A stretch of DNA of 64,000 bases from a virus: the IMG/VR virus record IMGVR_UViG_3300010885_026736, positions 5,087-69,086 of that record; one strand, written 5' to 3'. Shown here in pieces: positions 27,449-36,743 of this stretch. The position numbers and the translations under genes were made by a program. Each line of letters starts with the position of its first letter. The first letter of the stretch is position 1. A model generated the notes under the pieces. It was not told the origin of the DNA and made no database searches. It saw only the letters and a program-made list of their open reading frames with translations.

Positions 27449-27455
27449 ATTTATA
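27448..27455 (-). promoter_or_regulatory. late promoter TATAAATA for the endolysin/NTase genes
   Basis: Exact motif overlapping the hsp20 stop codon. Confidence 0.75.
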
Positions 27456-27930
27456 GTTTTAAATCTTCTGACAGGAACTCAGGCGGTTTCGTCAGGTCAT
27501 CATCAATCTTAATTTTTTTAGGTTTTTTGCTATCTGGGATAACATGTTCTAAGAAGATCTTCAGCATACCGTTTACCAGTTTTGCATTTCTAATCTCAAC
27601 ATTATCAGCTAAAGTGAATTGACGAGTAAAGACTCTGTCAGCAATTCCTTTGTGAATGTATGTTTTTTCAGAACCATCTTCTAGAACTTTATCTAGAGTT
27701 TCATATTTGCCTTTGACTTTCAGAATGTTATCTGCAAGTTCAAGTTCAATATCATGTTTACCAAATCCAGCTACAGCTAGTTCTATCAGATATCTTGTAT
27801 CATCAAGTTTACTAATGTTATAGGGGGGATATCCTGTTACCTGTTTAGCTACTGAAGCATGAGCTTCTTCTAAACGACGAACTGTATCTTCTAATCCGAT
27901 AAAGAAAGGATATGAGTTAGTTAATAGCAT
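27451..27930 (-). CDS. hsp20: small heat shock protein (IbpA-like)
   Basis: YPPYNI, IELAVAGF, HKGIA.R.F.R.F.LAD, A.L.NGML. Confidence 0.95.
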   Translation of the reverse strand: MLLTNSYPFFIGLEDTVRRLEEAHASVAKQVTGYPPYNISKLDDTRYLIELAVAGFGKHDIELELADNILKVKGKYETLDKVLEDGSEKTYIHKGIADRVFTRQFTLADNVEIRNAKLVNGMLKIFLEHVIPDSKKPKKIKIDDDLTKPPEFLSEDLKL

Positions 27931-27990
27931 GAATGCCTCCTGTTAAGCAAGGGTTGAATGTTCAGGATCCCGAAGCAACCCTGAACATTA
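27931..27990 (-). promoter_or_regulatory. ROSE-like RNA thermometer
   Basis: 5' hairpin AATGTTCAGG/CCTGAACATT, then CCTTGCT-TAAC-AGGAGG (U(U/C)GCU paired with the SD) before the sHSP ATG. Confidence 0.75.
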
Positions 27991-28001
27991 TATATATGCA
28001 T

Positions 28002-28208
28002 TTATTTGTTTTTTTCAACCGGTGTTTTAATTTTTTTCCAACGGCTACCTAAAAATAATGATGTTCTCATTCTGTAGAACCAAGAAACATTCTTTCTAAG
28101 CTCTACTATCATTGTATCGTCACCAAAGACCTCCCAGACCCATTTTACAGGTGTACGTCTTGCCCTAATTTGATCTTCATACCAAATAGGGTCCCATGCT
28201 TCAGCCAT
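28002..28208 (-). CDS. hypothetical protein
   Basis: ORF between regA and hsp20. Confidence 0.5.
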   Translation of the reverse strand: MAEAWDPIWYEDQIRARRTPVKWVWEVFGDDTMIVELRKNVSWFYRMRTSLFLGSRWKKIKTPVEKNK

Positions 28209-28209
28209 A

Positions 28210-28605
28210 TTACTTTTTCCCGATATTATACTTGGTGACAAGCTCCCAATCATTCTTTTCCTTGTAAGAAAGAACTTTGATTTGACTTAAAGGGGTGACA
28301 GGTGATTCTGTCATCTTAGGATCGACTACAGTAATCAGATTCCATTCAGCTAGTAGATTGATAATAGTGTTTCTACGACCTTCATCTGTATCAGAAAAAT
28401 CAGTAGGCTTACCATCAAGAGCAAAGAGCTCCTTGAAGTGTACAATGTAATACTTCTTTTGTTTGTGAAGTATGTGGCATGATTGATAAAGGATTTTATC
28501 CTTACGTGATGCAATGCCGATTCTGGTTAATGTTTCTTTAACCTTCAAAAAGTCGTCAGGCTCTTTGATATGAACTTCAACTAATGCGTCTACTGATAAT
28601 TTCAT
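28210..28605 (-). CDS. regA: translational repressor RegA
   Basis: DDFLKVKETLTRIGIAS, LYQSCHILHKQ, YYIVHFKELF. Confidence 0.97.
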   Translation of the reverse strand: MKLSVDALVEVHIKEPDDFLKVKETLTRIGIASRKDKILYQSCHILHKQKKYYIVHFKELFALDGKPTDFSDTDEGRRNTIINLLAEWNLITVVDPKMTESPVTPLSQIKVLSYKEKNDWELVTKYNIGKK

Positions 28606-29075
28606 TTTTTTAATCCACCTGTACTAAGTCTTCTTTTTAATTCTTTTATTTGTTCGGCGGATAACAACGATAGTGCCACTTCAGCTTTCTTTTGTGAATA
28701 GCCGTATACCTGTTTCACTAACTCAATATCACCTGGCTTTTTATCTTTTTTAGCCCACCTAGAAAAGCGTTTCTTTGGACTAACTGTATTTAGCAAATAC
28801 ATATACTGAAGCTTTTTATCTAGGTGATAGCTCATATTAGTTTTGTTTGCTTGTTTTACCGTATCATAAAAGTATGAGAAGGCCTTATTTACAATCCATG
28901 GATTGTATTCTTTTTCTATAATTTCAGGAGACTCTGAATTTGCAAAGATATTTTTATTTGCATTGATACTATTGACATAGTCCCATACATCATTCAGTGG
29001 CTTGATTGTAAAGTCTTCTTCCTCTTCAGGTACTACATCTTTTGCTAATGTCATAACACTGAAAATATCAATCAT
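28602..29075 (-). CDS. 62: clamp loader small subunit gp62
   Basis: Position; Y.P.IVN..FSY, KRFS.WAK, YGYS..KA. Confidence 0.9.
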   Translation of the reverse strand: MIDIFSVMTLAKDVVPEEEEDFTIKPLNDVWDYVNSINANKNIFANSESPEIIEKEYNPWIVNKAFSYFYDTVKQANKTNMSYHLDKKLQYMYLLNTVSPKKRFSRWAKKDKKPGDIELVKQVYGYSQKKAEVALSLLSAEQIKELKRRLSTGGLKK

Positions 29076-30010
29076 TTGAAATTACACTCCAGCATGATTT
29101 CTGCAAGGCAAGCAACAATATTTATCTCTTGGTCAGCAACGAATGCTGCCTTATATTGAAACTCTGCAAGTGTATGGATCAGTAGAGGAACAGATGCTGG
29201 AGTGACCACTTCATTGACGTTATCATAAAGATGCCTGAAGATAGTTTGACTATCAACATCTGCATTCTCACCAACCCACTTACGTACAGCAGGGAAGTTT
29301 TTATCCTTTAGTGCAGAAACCAATGCCCCATAAGAATCGCTAGACAAACTAGCAAGTATACTCGAGTTGATGTGGCCAGACGCTGAATGCCTTTGAAGTT
29401 CATTTAGAATACGCCTCCAATCAGGGAAGTGACGATTGATCAGTTCAGCAACAACTTCCTTTTCAAAAGAAACATTCTCCTTCTGAAGGATTGTAGCTGT
29501 ACGCTTCATGAATTGAACAGCAAGAACAGGCTTATCTTTCTTTGGAATCTTGAACTCAACTACTGAGCATCGAGAATGCAAAGGTGCGATAAGCCTGTTC
29601 TTGAAGTTGCAGGTTAGAATAAACCCGCAGTTACGACTAAACTCTTCCATGAAATTACGAAGAGATGGCTGAGTGCTCTGAGCATTCAGATAGTCAGCCT
29701 CGTCTAGGATTACATACTTTCTACCTCCCTTAAAGGACACACTTGAAGCAAACTGCATGATCTCTCCACGCAGCGTGTCAATGTTACCATTAAGAGAACC
29801 GTTGATGACAATATAGTCACAGTCAAGTTGCTCTAACATAGCACGAGCAACTGTAGTCTTACCAACCCCTGGTCCACCAGTTAGTATAAGATTAGGAATA
29901 TTCTTCTGATCAACAAACTGTTGGAATACAGATTTAAGGTTTTCAGGTAAGATACATTCTTCAATAGATTTAGGTCTATACTTCTCTACCCATAGATAAT
30001 CTTCTAGCAT
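29072..30010 (-). CDS. 44: clamp loader large subunit gp44
   Basis: LWVEKYRP, GPGVGKTT, ILDEADYL, PLHSRC. Confidence 0.97.
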   Translation of the reverse strand: MLEDYLWVEKYRPKSIEECILPENLKSVFQQFVDQKNIPNLILTGGPGVGKTTVARAMLEQLDCDYIVINGSLNGNIDTLRGEIMQFASSVSFKGGRKYVILDEADYLNAQSTQPSLRNFMEEFSRNCGFILTCNFKNRLIAPLHSRCSVVEFKIPKKDKPVLAVQFMKRTATILQKENVSFEKEVVAELINRHFPDWRRILNELQRHSASGHINSSILASLSSDSYGALVSALKDKNFPAVRKWVGENADVDSQTIFRHLYDNVNEVVTPASVPLLIHTLAEFQYKAAFVADQEINIVACLAEIMLECNFK

Positions 30011-30102
30011 AATGTAACCTTTCATAATAAAATAATAAAATGCCGTTCACGAGAGAGGATGTCACACTATTCTCCAACGGCTCTGGCGACCCAGCATCAA
30101 TA

Positions 30103-30759
30103 TCAATTAAAGGTTGATGTAGACTCTACAGCAATCCAATAGGTCAACTTGTCACTAATAAATCTTGAGATACCTCTTGACGAAAGAGATACTTCATAGT
30201 CATTAACAAGCATTTTAAGGTTTTCATTCTTGAAGATAGCACAGAAGTTTTGTTCAGTGTCACCAATGATTGCGCTATATGAATCTGCAGTTGGGTTCTT
30301 GCTATCGTATGCCTTTAGCGAGATGGTTGACCCATTGCCGATAACAGCAATTTCTGGCAACTGAAGAACGTTACCTGCCCGTTGCACCTTTTGTAGATCT
30401 ACAGTACGTAGTGTAAACTCAACATCAGGGATAGGGAAAGTAACGTCCTTCACAGGAGGCGTAGCAAATGTTGAGGGGTCAGCATAGACATAAACTAGCT
30501 TACGCTTATCATCAACAATAGTTGCCTCCTTGTCACCTACCACGATCTCAGGAGTGTCAAAAAGGGATAGGACACCTAAAAACCGTGGTAGGTCAAAGAT
30601 AGCAAAGTCCTTTTCAAAAGTCTCATCGACTTCGGCCTTTGCCATGATTGTCTTTTGCGGGGAGATAGTACGAAGTATATTTCCTTCCCGAAAAAGAATA
30701 CTTGAATTGATGGAGGAGAAATTCTTTAATACTGTAATTGTTTGGTCACTGAATTTCAT
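30103..30759 (-). CDS. 45: sliding clamp gp45
   Basis: MKFS..T..VLKNFSSIN, F.IFDL..FL, YWIA.E. Confidence 0.95.
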   Translation of the reverse strand: MKFSDQTITVLKNFSSINSSILFREGNILRTISPQKTIMAKAEVDETFEKDFAIFDLPRFLGVLSLFDTPEIVVGDKEATIVDDKRKLVYVYADPSTFATPPVKDVTFPIPDVEFTLRTVDLQKVQRAGNVLQLPEIAVIGNGSTISLKAYDSKNPTADSYSAIIGDTEQNFCAIFKNENLKMLVNDYEVSLSSRGISRFISDKLTYWIAVESTSTFN

Positions 30760-30769
30760 TTATTACTCC

Positions 30770-31732
30770 TTAGGACCTCTTACCAAGCTTGGCAGGATCA
30801 GCTGTTGCGGCAGCACCCACGGCAGCAAGATCAGCGAGTGATCCGCCAAATACGTAGGTACCAACATGTTGTAGTTGAATCCAGGGGCAGAGCCATACCT
30901 TTAGGCCAATTTCACGAGCCCACTGACAGAACATGTAGTCTTCTGACAGATAACGATTAGAATACTCATGACCGAAAGCGCTGTGCTTTGTGTCATCAAT
31001 AAAGGCAATCGTTTCTTCTGGAGTTGCTTCTGGATTGTTCTTATAGAACTCACGAATTTCCTTGCCGATACGAGCATGCTTGTTGTCAATGAGTGCATCA
31101 AAGAATGCCATGATCTCACGTGAACCATCAAAGGCTGCTGTACGAACATGGTCAGGACGATACATTAGAGCAGGATACTGAGTACCCATCTTCTCTAGAG
31201 CTGAGCGACGGATCATCATGAACCCAGTGCCTGACTCTAGAACTTCTGCAGGCTCTGAGATACGAATCTCGCCAGAACCATTAGCAGGATTGAATACGTA
31301 GTCGCCCACAAACTTCTCTAGGATATTAGCATCCTGATCAGCAAAGCCCTTGTCTACTGCTGTCTTAACCTTTTCCCATGAGATGCACTTCTTAGGATAA
31401 GGACCGCAGAGCACATCATATTCACTCTCATCTGACTGTAGAGCAAGCATGGTTAGGATATCTTGAGCATTGAATCCAATGTCAGAGTCAATAAACATTA
31501 GATGAGTGCAGTCTGAGCGTAGGAACTCATCCACGCAATAGTTACGAGCACGTGTAATTAGTGACTCGTTGAATAGATAATAGTAACGCACTTCAATGCC
31601 ATAATGCACAGCAAGTGCAGATAGGTCATTTGTGCTGCGGCAAAACATGCCTGCACAAGCTCCGCCATACATTGGTGTGGCGACAAACAGCTTGCGCTTA
31701 CGTAGTTCTTCTACTGGTACTTTAACTTCCAT
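30770..31732 (-). CDS. GT-A-fold glycosyltransferase-like protein
   Basis: ATPMYGG, NESLITRARN, THLMFIDSDI (DxD), GTGFMMI, YLSEDYMFC. Confidence 0.8.
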   Translation of the reverse strand: MEVKVPVEELRKRKLFVATPMYGGACAGMFCRSTNDLSALAVHYGIEVRYYYLFNESLITRARNYCVDEFLRSDCTHLMFIDSDIGFNAQDILTMLALQSDESEYDVLCGPYPKKCISWEKVKTAVDKGFADQDANILEKFVGDYVFNPANGSGEIRISEPAEVLESGTGFMMIRRSALEKMGTQYPALMYRPDHVRTAAFDGSREIMAFFDALIDNKHARIGKEIREFYKNNPEATPEETIAFIDDTKHSAFGHEYSNRYLSEDYMFCQWAREIGLKVWLCPWIQLQHVGTYVFGGSLADLAAVGAAATADPAKLGKRS

Positions 31733-31735
31733 GCT

Positions 31736-32059
31736 TTAATTCTCCTGATCATGCACGTAGAGTTGAATAATTGCGTAGTGGATCACCTTCATCATATCGT
31801 TTCGCCAATCTTCAGGTGATCCCTTACGGCCATAACGTTGAGCATACTTTAGAATATTACCAACACAAAATCCAGTACCATGCCCACCATCAATGATGAA
31901 CTCAGTTGCTTGATACTTGTTTTGGGAGTAATGTTGCCCATATGTGTTATCAATATAGGCACGGATTTCCTCGAGGGTTTGATCCTCGTTGTATTTATAG
32001 TCGTTGTCAGAGGTGGATGATGTAATATCCAATGTAATTTTATCGCCCTTTCTAATCAA
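31736..32059 (-). CDS. DUF3310 (T7 gp1.7/SaV-like) protein
   Basis: TY.QHY, GFCVGNILKYAQRYG.KG, D..K.IHYA. Confidence 0.8.
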   Translation of the reverse strand: MIRKGDKITLDITSSTSDNDYKYNEDQTLEEIRAYIDNTYGQHYSQNKYQATEFIIDGGHGTGFCVGNILKYAQRYGRKGSPEDWRNDMMKVIHYAIIQLYVHDQEN

Positions 32060-32868
32060 GCTGCATACTCCTTAAGAACTTGTTCAACATGTGACTTGGC
32101 GGTTTCCCAAGATACGGGACCTGTTTCATCTGCATACGCTACAGGATCTGCACGACCTAGCTTGATGAATGCTTCAATACGCTCAACAGACGATGCTGAC
32201 TTATAATCTGAATACCAGATGTTATTGTGTTGCATCGGCTTGTATGAGGTATTTGTGTTAGCATACACGGTATTGAAATTAATGTCAAGCTCTTCGCAAA
32301 GATTAATTCCGTCTTGTAGGATACCAAACTTATCAATTTCTAGATAAGGTGTGTAATAACCTACACGCTCTGCTTCCCAGTTACCAATACGGAATGCAGC
32401 GTCATCTGCATCTCGGAATTCTTGACGGCAGTCAGGATAGATCGCATGATCGCCAGCATGAATGCCTAGAGCAATTGAAACATCTTCTTGCCAAGAATTA
32501 GCAACTGAAAGTGCGACTGCTTGTGTGATTGAAGCAAAGATTTTGTTACGATTAGGAACAACTGTTGCCTTCATGTTTTCATGAGCATAGTGACCCTCAG
32601 GAACATCATCTCCGCCACGAATTAAAGCAGAGTTTAGAAGTTCAGGAAGCCCTACCATCTGAATAGTTTGATGAAAGATGTTATACCCACGTGTCTTAAG
32701 GTATTCAACTAGAGCTTCTGCACGTTCTAGTTCAACACTATGCTTTTGACCATAGAAGAATGATAGAGCAGTAATAGTACCATTGTTCTTTTTTGCTTGT
32801 GCTAGACAGTTTAGAAGAAGTGTGCTACTATCCATGCCACCAGATAGTGATACGACGAAATGCTTCAT
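32056..32868 (-). CDS. queC: 7-cyano-7-deazaguanine synthase
   Basis: SLSGGMDSST, YGQKH..E, TVVPNRN, HAGDHAIYPDCR. Confidence 0.95.
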   Translation of the reverse strand: MKHFVVSLSGGMDSSTLLLNCLAQAKKNNGTITALSFFYGQKHSVELERAEALVEYLKTRGYNIFHQTIQMVGLPELLNSALIRGGDDVPEGHYAHENMKATVVPNRNKIFASITQAVALSVANSWQEDVSIALGIHAGDHAIYPDCRQEFRDADDAAFRIGNWEAERVGYYTPYLEIDKFGILQDGINLCEELDINFNTVYANTNTSYKPMQHNNIWYSDYKSASSVERIEAFIKLGRADPVAYADETGPVSWETAKSHVEQVLKEYAA

Positions 32869-32925
32869 AATAGACTCCATAATAAAGACGGTATGTTGTT
32901 TAGAGTGGTTAGTCTCTTTGAACCA

Positions 32926-33852
32926 CTATTGACGCAGAGTCTTTGCAGAAATAAGTGTTGTATTTCTCAAATCACCTGCAATGTGGAGTAGATGATTATG
33001 TGATGCACGTACAGGATTAATATCAATCCCACCTCTACGAGTATATAGACATGCCACAAATAGTTCTTGTGGTTGAACTAATGAATGTAGTCGTGTATAG
33101 ATGCACTCACAAATTTCTTCATGGAAATGATTTTCTTTACGCATAGAAACGATATACTGCAAGAGAGATTCTTTGGTTGGTAGTTCATCTGCCTTGATGT
33201 AGATGTAAACATCACCCCAATCAGGTTGATTAGTCACACGACAATTAGAACGTAGTGAAGGTGACCATACACGCAGCATTCCTTTTTCTTGTGAGAGTTT
33301 AATGATATCAGGACTTTCATTATACGCACTAAAGTCAGTATTTGCTACACGTGTATTAGAATCTAACAATTCAAAGAAATTATGGCTGGGAATAGGAAAT
33401 TTTGTATAGCTATTATAAGCATTTGCAGAGTGTAATACAATTTCAACCTCAGTATTAAGAGCTGCTGATAGATCATGCTCAATGTATTCTCTAGCAAGAT
33501 ACATTGCATCTTGAAAATCATTATCAATCTTAACCATGTTGTAAGAGTTTAGATACAACTTCAATGATTTTGATTCTACAATAAATTCACTGTCTGCAGG
33601 ATAAGTGATCTTAGCAATACAGCTTACAGGATATCCATTTGTAAGTAGAAATGATACTTCATAAGCATGCCATGTGTCAAATCCAACAAAGGGAAGATGC
33701 TCTTCTTCAATGTTGTACTGTACACGATTTAGGCTGCGTGGAATAGGAACTAGAAGTGAAGAATCAATCTTGTCAGGTGTGACATAGGGCTTTACTGCAC
33801 TACCATCACCTGCTTTACCTAAGTGCACTCCTGCGATATCTTCAATCTTCAT
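32926..33852 (-). CDS. queF: NADPH-dependent preQ0 reductase (bimodular QueF)
   Basis: D.WHAYE, IVESKSLKLYLNS, SNCRVTNQPDWG, FHEEICE, YTRRGGIDINP. Confidence 0.95.
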   Translation of the reverse strand: MKIEDIAGVHLGKAGDGSAVKPYVTPDKIDSSLLVPIPRSLNRVQYNIEEEHLPFVGFDTWHAYEVSFLLTNGYPVSCIAKITYPADSEFIVESKSLKLYLNSYNMVKIDNDFQDAMYLAREYIEHDLSAALNTEVEIVLHSANAYNSYTKFPIPSHNFFELLDSNTRVANTDFSAYNESPDIIKLSQEKGMLRVWSPSLRSNCRVTNQPDWGDVYIYIKADELPTKESLLQYIVSMRKENHFHEEICECIYTRLHSLVQPQELFVACLYTRRGGIDINPVRASHNHLLHIAGDLRNTTLISAKTLRQ

Positions 33853-35240
33853 GAAAAGAAATCCTCTAATGTTGTTAGTTCATTATTACGAATGATACGC
33901 TTAGATGCTACATGTGTCTTACGTTCACGCATCCACCTTGCCATATCGTCACTTGTTTTGACATTAAGCAAAGCATTCAAAGCGAGTTCTTTATCTTTAG
34001 GATGCTTTGAATACTTTTGATATTCATCAGTGCTAACTTTATCTAGGTTAGTAACGAAGTTGTGAATTTGAAAATACGTATGTGCTGCATTACACAATAG
34101 TGTAGAACATATTGCATCTTCATTATTTGTTTCAAGGACACGATTCTTGATAGTTGAGAACTTCCAGTCACCCATACCATCACCAAAGATATTAGTCATG
34201 AATTGTTCTTCAGTGACGTATTCTTCAAATGTATCCTTAAATGTAGTATACACGTTTCTGAAATGTTTGTCAACCGCATATGTTTTATTAGTGCCAATTG
34301 ATTTACAAGTTCCGTTTAACTTAAGTAATCCATATTGGAAAGTTGATGTATGCGAACTAGAGTCATAAGAGATACGATCAAACTCGCTAAGATAACCTGA
34401 CTTAAGAAGGTATAGAATAGGACGCATACGTGAAATAGAGCCAACACCAAGAACGTGTAGATGCTTTCTGACGTTTTCATGACAGAACTCACTGATCATC
34501 TTTGCTGCACGAAGCATCTCAATAGACTCTAGTTCACCATTGCCCATGCACGTATCAGCGATTGCCATACCACCAATGTTTTCATAGTCGGAAGGCTCTA
34601 GGCGTGACGCAATACCACGATAGTAAGCAACCATGTCTTCTGCACAATTACCTTGCACAATAATAATAACTTTTGTCTTAGCACCTGATGACCTAAAGTA
34701 AGATGCCTGAGCTTTTACATTCTCGCCTGTAGCAAAAGCAGAGTCCTCATGCTTATCTGCATGAAAGATCTTGTTACCTACGTTAGAACGTTCATTACGT
34801 GTTCTAGTTAAAGAAACAGATGATAAAGGAATAACATCAAAGCACATAGCATAATCTGAATACGCTTGTGTCTGGTATATCTGCTTCTTGATTTCTTCGG
34901 TGATTGATTTACCTGCGGTAACAATCTGTAGTCCACCAGAGTCTGCATAGACGCTATCCGATCCTAGGTTTTCTAATCTTTTAAATTCTTCAACATGATT
35001 TTTCTCAGTGTACGCATTATAAAGAGTTGAGATTAGTGGCTTAGTATTGTGGCACGTTTCGTCAATACGCTTCTTGAGTGACTTCATCAATGATAGGGTA
35101 GCTCTCTTATAAAGAGGATACCAAGGTGCTTCATGATCGGCGGTGAATACACCCATCATGCCCACAGCACTAACTACATAATCTAACTTTTTAATATTAT
35201 CGGCCACCTGTAAACTTTTCCTGTAATGCAATGTTGTCAA
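33849..35240 (-). CDS. guanine transglycosylase (TGT/DpdA-like); start may be GTG 35207
   Basis: YADSGGLQ, CFDVIP, IVQG, HLHVLGVG, SYDSSS; no CxCxxC zinc site of tRNA TGTs; embedded in the que cluster. Confidence 0.75.
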   Translation of the reverse strand: MTTLHYRKSLQVADNIKKLDYVVSAVGMMGVFTADHEAPWYPLYKRATLSLMKSLKKRIDETCHNTKPLISTLYNAYTEKNHVEEFKRLENLGSDSVYADSGGLQIVTAGKSITEEIKKQIYQTQAYSDYAMCFDVIPLSSVSLTRTRNERSNVGNKIFHADKHEDSAFATGENVKAQASYFRSSGAKTKVIIIVQGNCAEDMVAYYRGIASRLEPSDYENIGGMAIADTCMGNGELESIEMLRAAKMISEFCHENVRKHLHVLGVGSISRMRPILYLLKSGYLSEFDRISYDSSSHTSTFQYGLLKLNGTCKSIGTNKTYAVDKHFRNVYTTFKDTFEEYVTEEQFMTNIFGDGMGDWKFSTIKNRVLETNNEDAICSTLLCNAAHTYFQIHNFVTNLDKVSTDEYQKYSKHPKDKELALNALLNVKTSDDMARWMRERKTHVASKRIIRNNELTTLEDFFS

Positions 35241-35886
35241 AAAATTCTTTCTTTACATCTGCATCATGAAACTGACCATGTAGAACAGTTGTTTGTGTTA
35301 GAGAAGATCTTGCCATGATCCCACGGTTCTCACAGCATCCATGTGTTGCTGCAATATAAACACCTACATCAGATGTATTTGTTGCAGCCATGATTTCCTG
35401 TGAGATCTCATTACAAAGTTGTTCTTGTAGAGTTCCACGACGAGCACACCACTGTGCCAGACGTGTATACTTAGACAACCCAATAACTGTGTCTCCAGGA
35501 ATGACTCCAATGTAGCAAACACCCTTTACAGGTTGATGGTGATGGGAGCAGATTGAATTGATCTCTGAGCGAACAACTAACATGCCATCATATGCATCTT
35601 CACCTGTATTTGGAAAAGCTGTAATATCAGGTCTATGATCATACCTGCCAGACATAATTTCATTGACGTACATCTTAGCAAGACGCTTTGCTGTCTCTTG
35701 TGAGTTAGGGTCTTCTGTAGTGTCAATTACTAAACTACGAAGAGCTAGCTCAAACATGATAGTTGCTTCTTTGATTAACTTTTCACGTTCTTCATCAGTG
35801 ATATATTCAGAAATATTATCACAAGCCCAATAACGAATGTTTGCTTCGTTAAGTCTATTACGAATAATTTCAGAAGTCAATTGCAT
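35197..35886 (-). CDS. folE: GTP cyclohydrolase I
   Basis: SICSHHHQP, IGLSKYTR, LQE, HGCCENRG. Confidence 0.95.
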   Translation of the reverse strand: MQLTSEIIRNRLNEANIRYWACDNISEYITDEEREKLIKEATIMFELALRSLVIDTTEDPNSQETAKRLAKMYVNEIMSGRYDHRPDITAFPNTGEDAYDGMLVVRSEINSICSHHHQPVKGVCYIGVIPGDTVIGLSKYTRLAQWCARRGTLQEQLCNEISQEIMAATNTSDVGVYIAATHGCCENRGIMARSSLTQTTVLHGQFHDADVKKEFFDNIALQEKFTGGR

Positions 35887-36743
35887 TAGGTACCCCAAGC
35901 GTTTTTGTAAAGTGGAACTTGAATACGAGGACTAAATCTAAACCCGTTATCCCTGCAATAGTCAGCAACGTTACGTTCATTCTTCTCATAAGAAGATGCT
36001 GTGCCGCCAACAGGCATTAGATATACAGGAACATTTACATTAGCTGTTGAATACGCAGAAACTGCATAGTTAACATCTTTAATGTCTTCTTCAGTTGATA
36101 CAACAAACTTTAGGTAAACGTTACTATTAGGAATTTCAGTATATTGCTTAACAACATTTGGACAAATAGCCTTTACCCAATCTTCACCTGATGAAGGCAA
36201 CTTTGCTGATACTGAGAATGTAATTCTGATATCACTAGAAATGCCTGCTAAGAAATTTTGTAGATCAGAAGTTAATAGTTGTGTACCATTTGTTTCAAAT
36301 GTAATATCTGTTAGATGCATATGACGAGAAGAAATTTCTTTGATGAGAGCAGGATATGCTCTTTGCCAACCTAGTAGTGGTTCACCGCCTGTGATGATTA
36401 GATGCTTATCAGGACCAAACTTTCCATCAGGAAGCATCTCCTGCATCTTGTCAACGATTTCAGAAATTTCCATGAAGGGAGAAAGATCTTTGAACCGTGG
36501 ATCCCATGATGCATAGGAGTCACATCCTGTATGAACAAGAGGTAGTTCTTGATATGACTTGTATGGATGAAACTCATGAAGTTGTGCTACGGTATCACGT
36601 TCACCTGATGCCTGACCACGCTTCATACCAAATCCTGAGCATGTAAAATTACAGCCAAAAGTTCTTAGAAATACAGAAGGTACACCGACAAACATACCTT
36701 CACCTTGTAAGCTGTAAAACAGCTCTGATACTTTAATCTTCAC
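35886..36743 (-). CDS. queE: 7-carboxy-7-deazaguanine synthase (radical SAM)
   Basis: ELFYSLQGEG, FLRTFGCNFTC...CD, ITGGEPLL, ETNGT. Confidence 0.95.
   Translation of the reverse strand: MKIKVSELFYSLQGEGMFVGVPSVFLRTFGCNFTCSGFGMKRGQASGERDTVAQLHEFHPYKSYQELPLVHTGCDSYASWDPRFKDLSPFMEISEIVDKMQEMLPDGKFGPDKHLIITGGEPLLGWQRAYPALIKEISSRHMHLTDITFETNGTQLLTSDLQNFLAGISSDIRITFSVSAKLPSSGEDWVKAICPNVVKQYTEIPNSNVYLKFVVSTEEDIKDVNYAVSAYSTANVNVPVYLMPVGGTASSYEKNERNVADYCRDNGFRFSPRIQVPLYKNAWGT

Noticed and set aside
30083-30095. CUGGGUCGC matching the start of a known preQ1-I aptamer
   Set aside because: It closes immediately as a 4-bp hairpin, lacks the CCCAG strand and A-rich tail, and precedes g44 rather than a que gene
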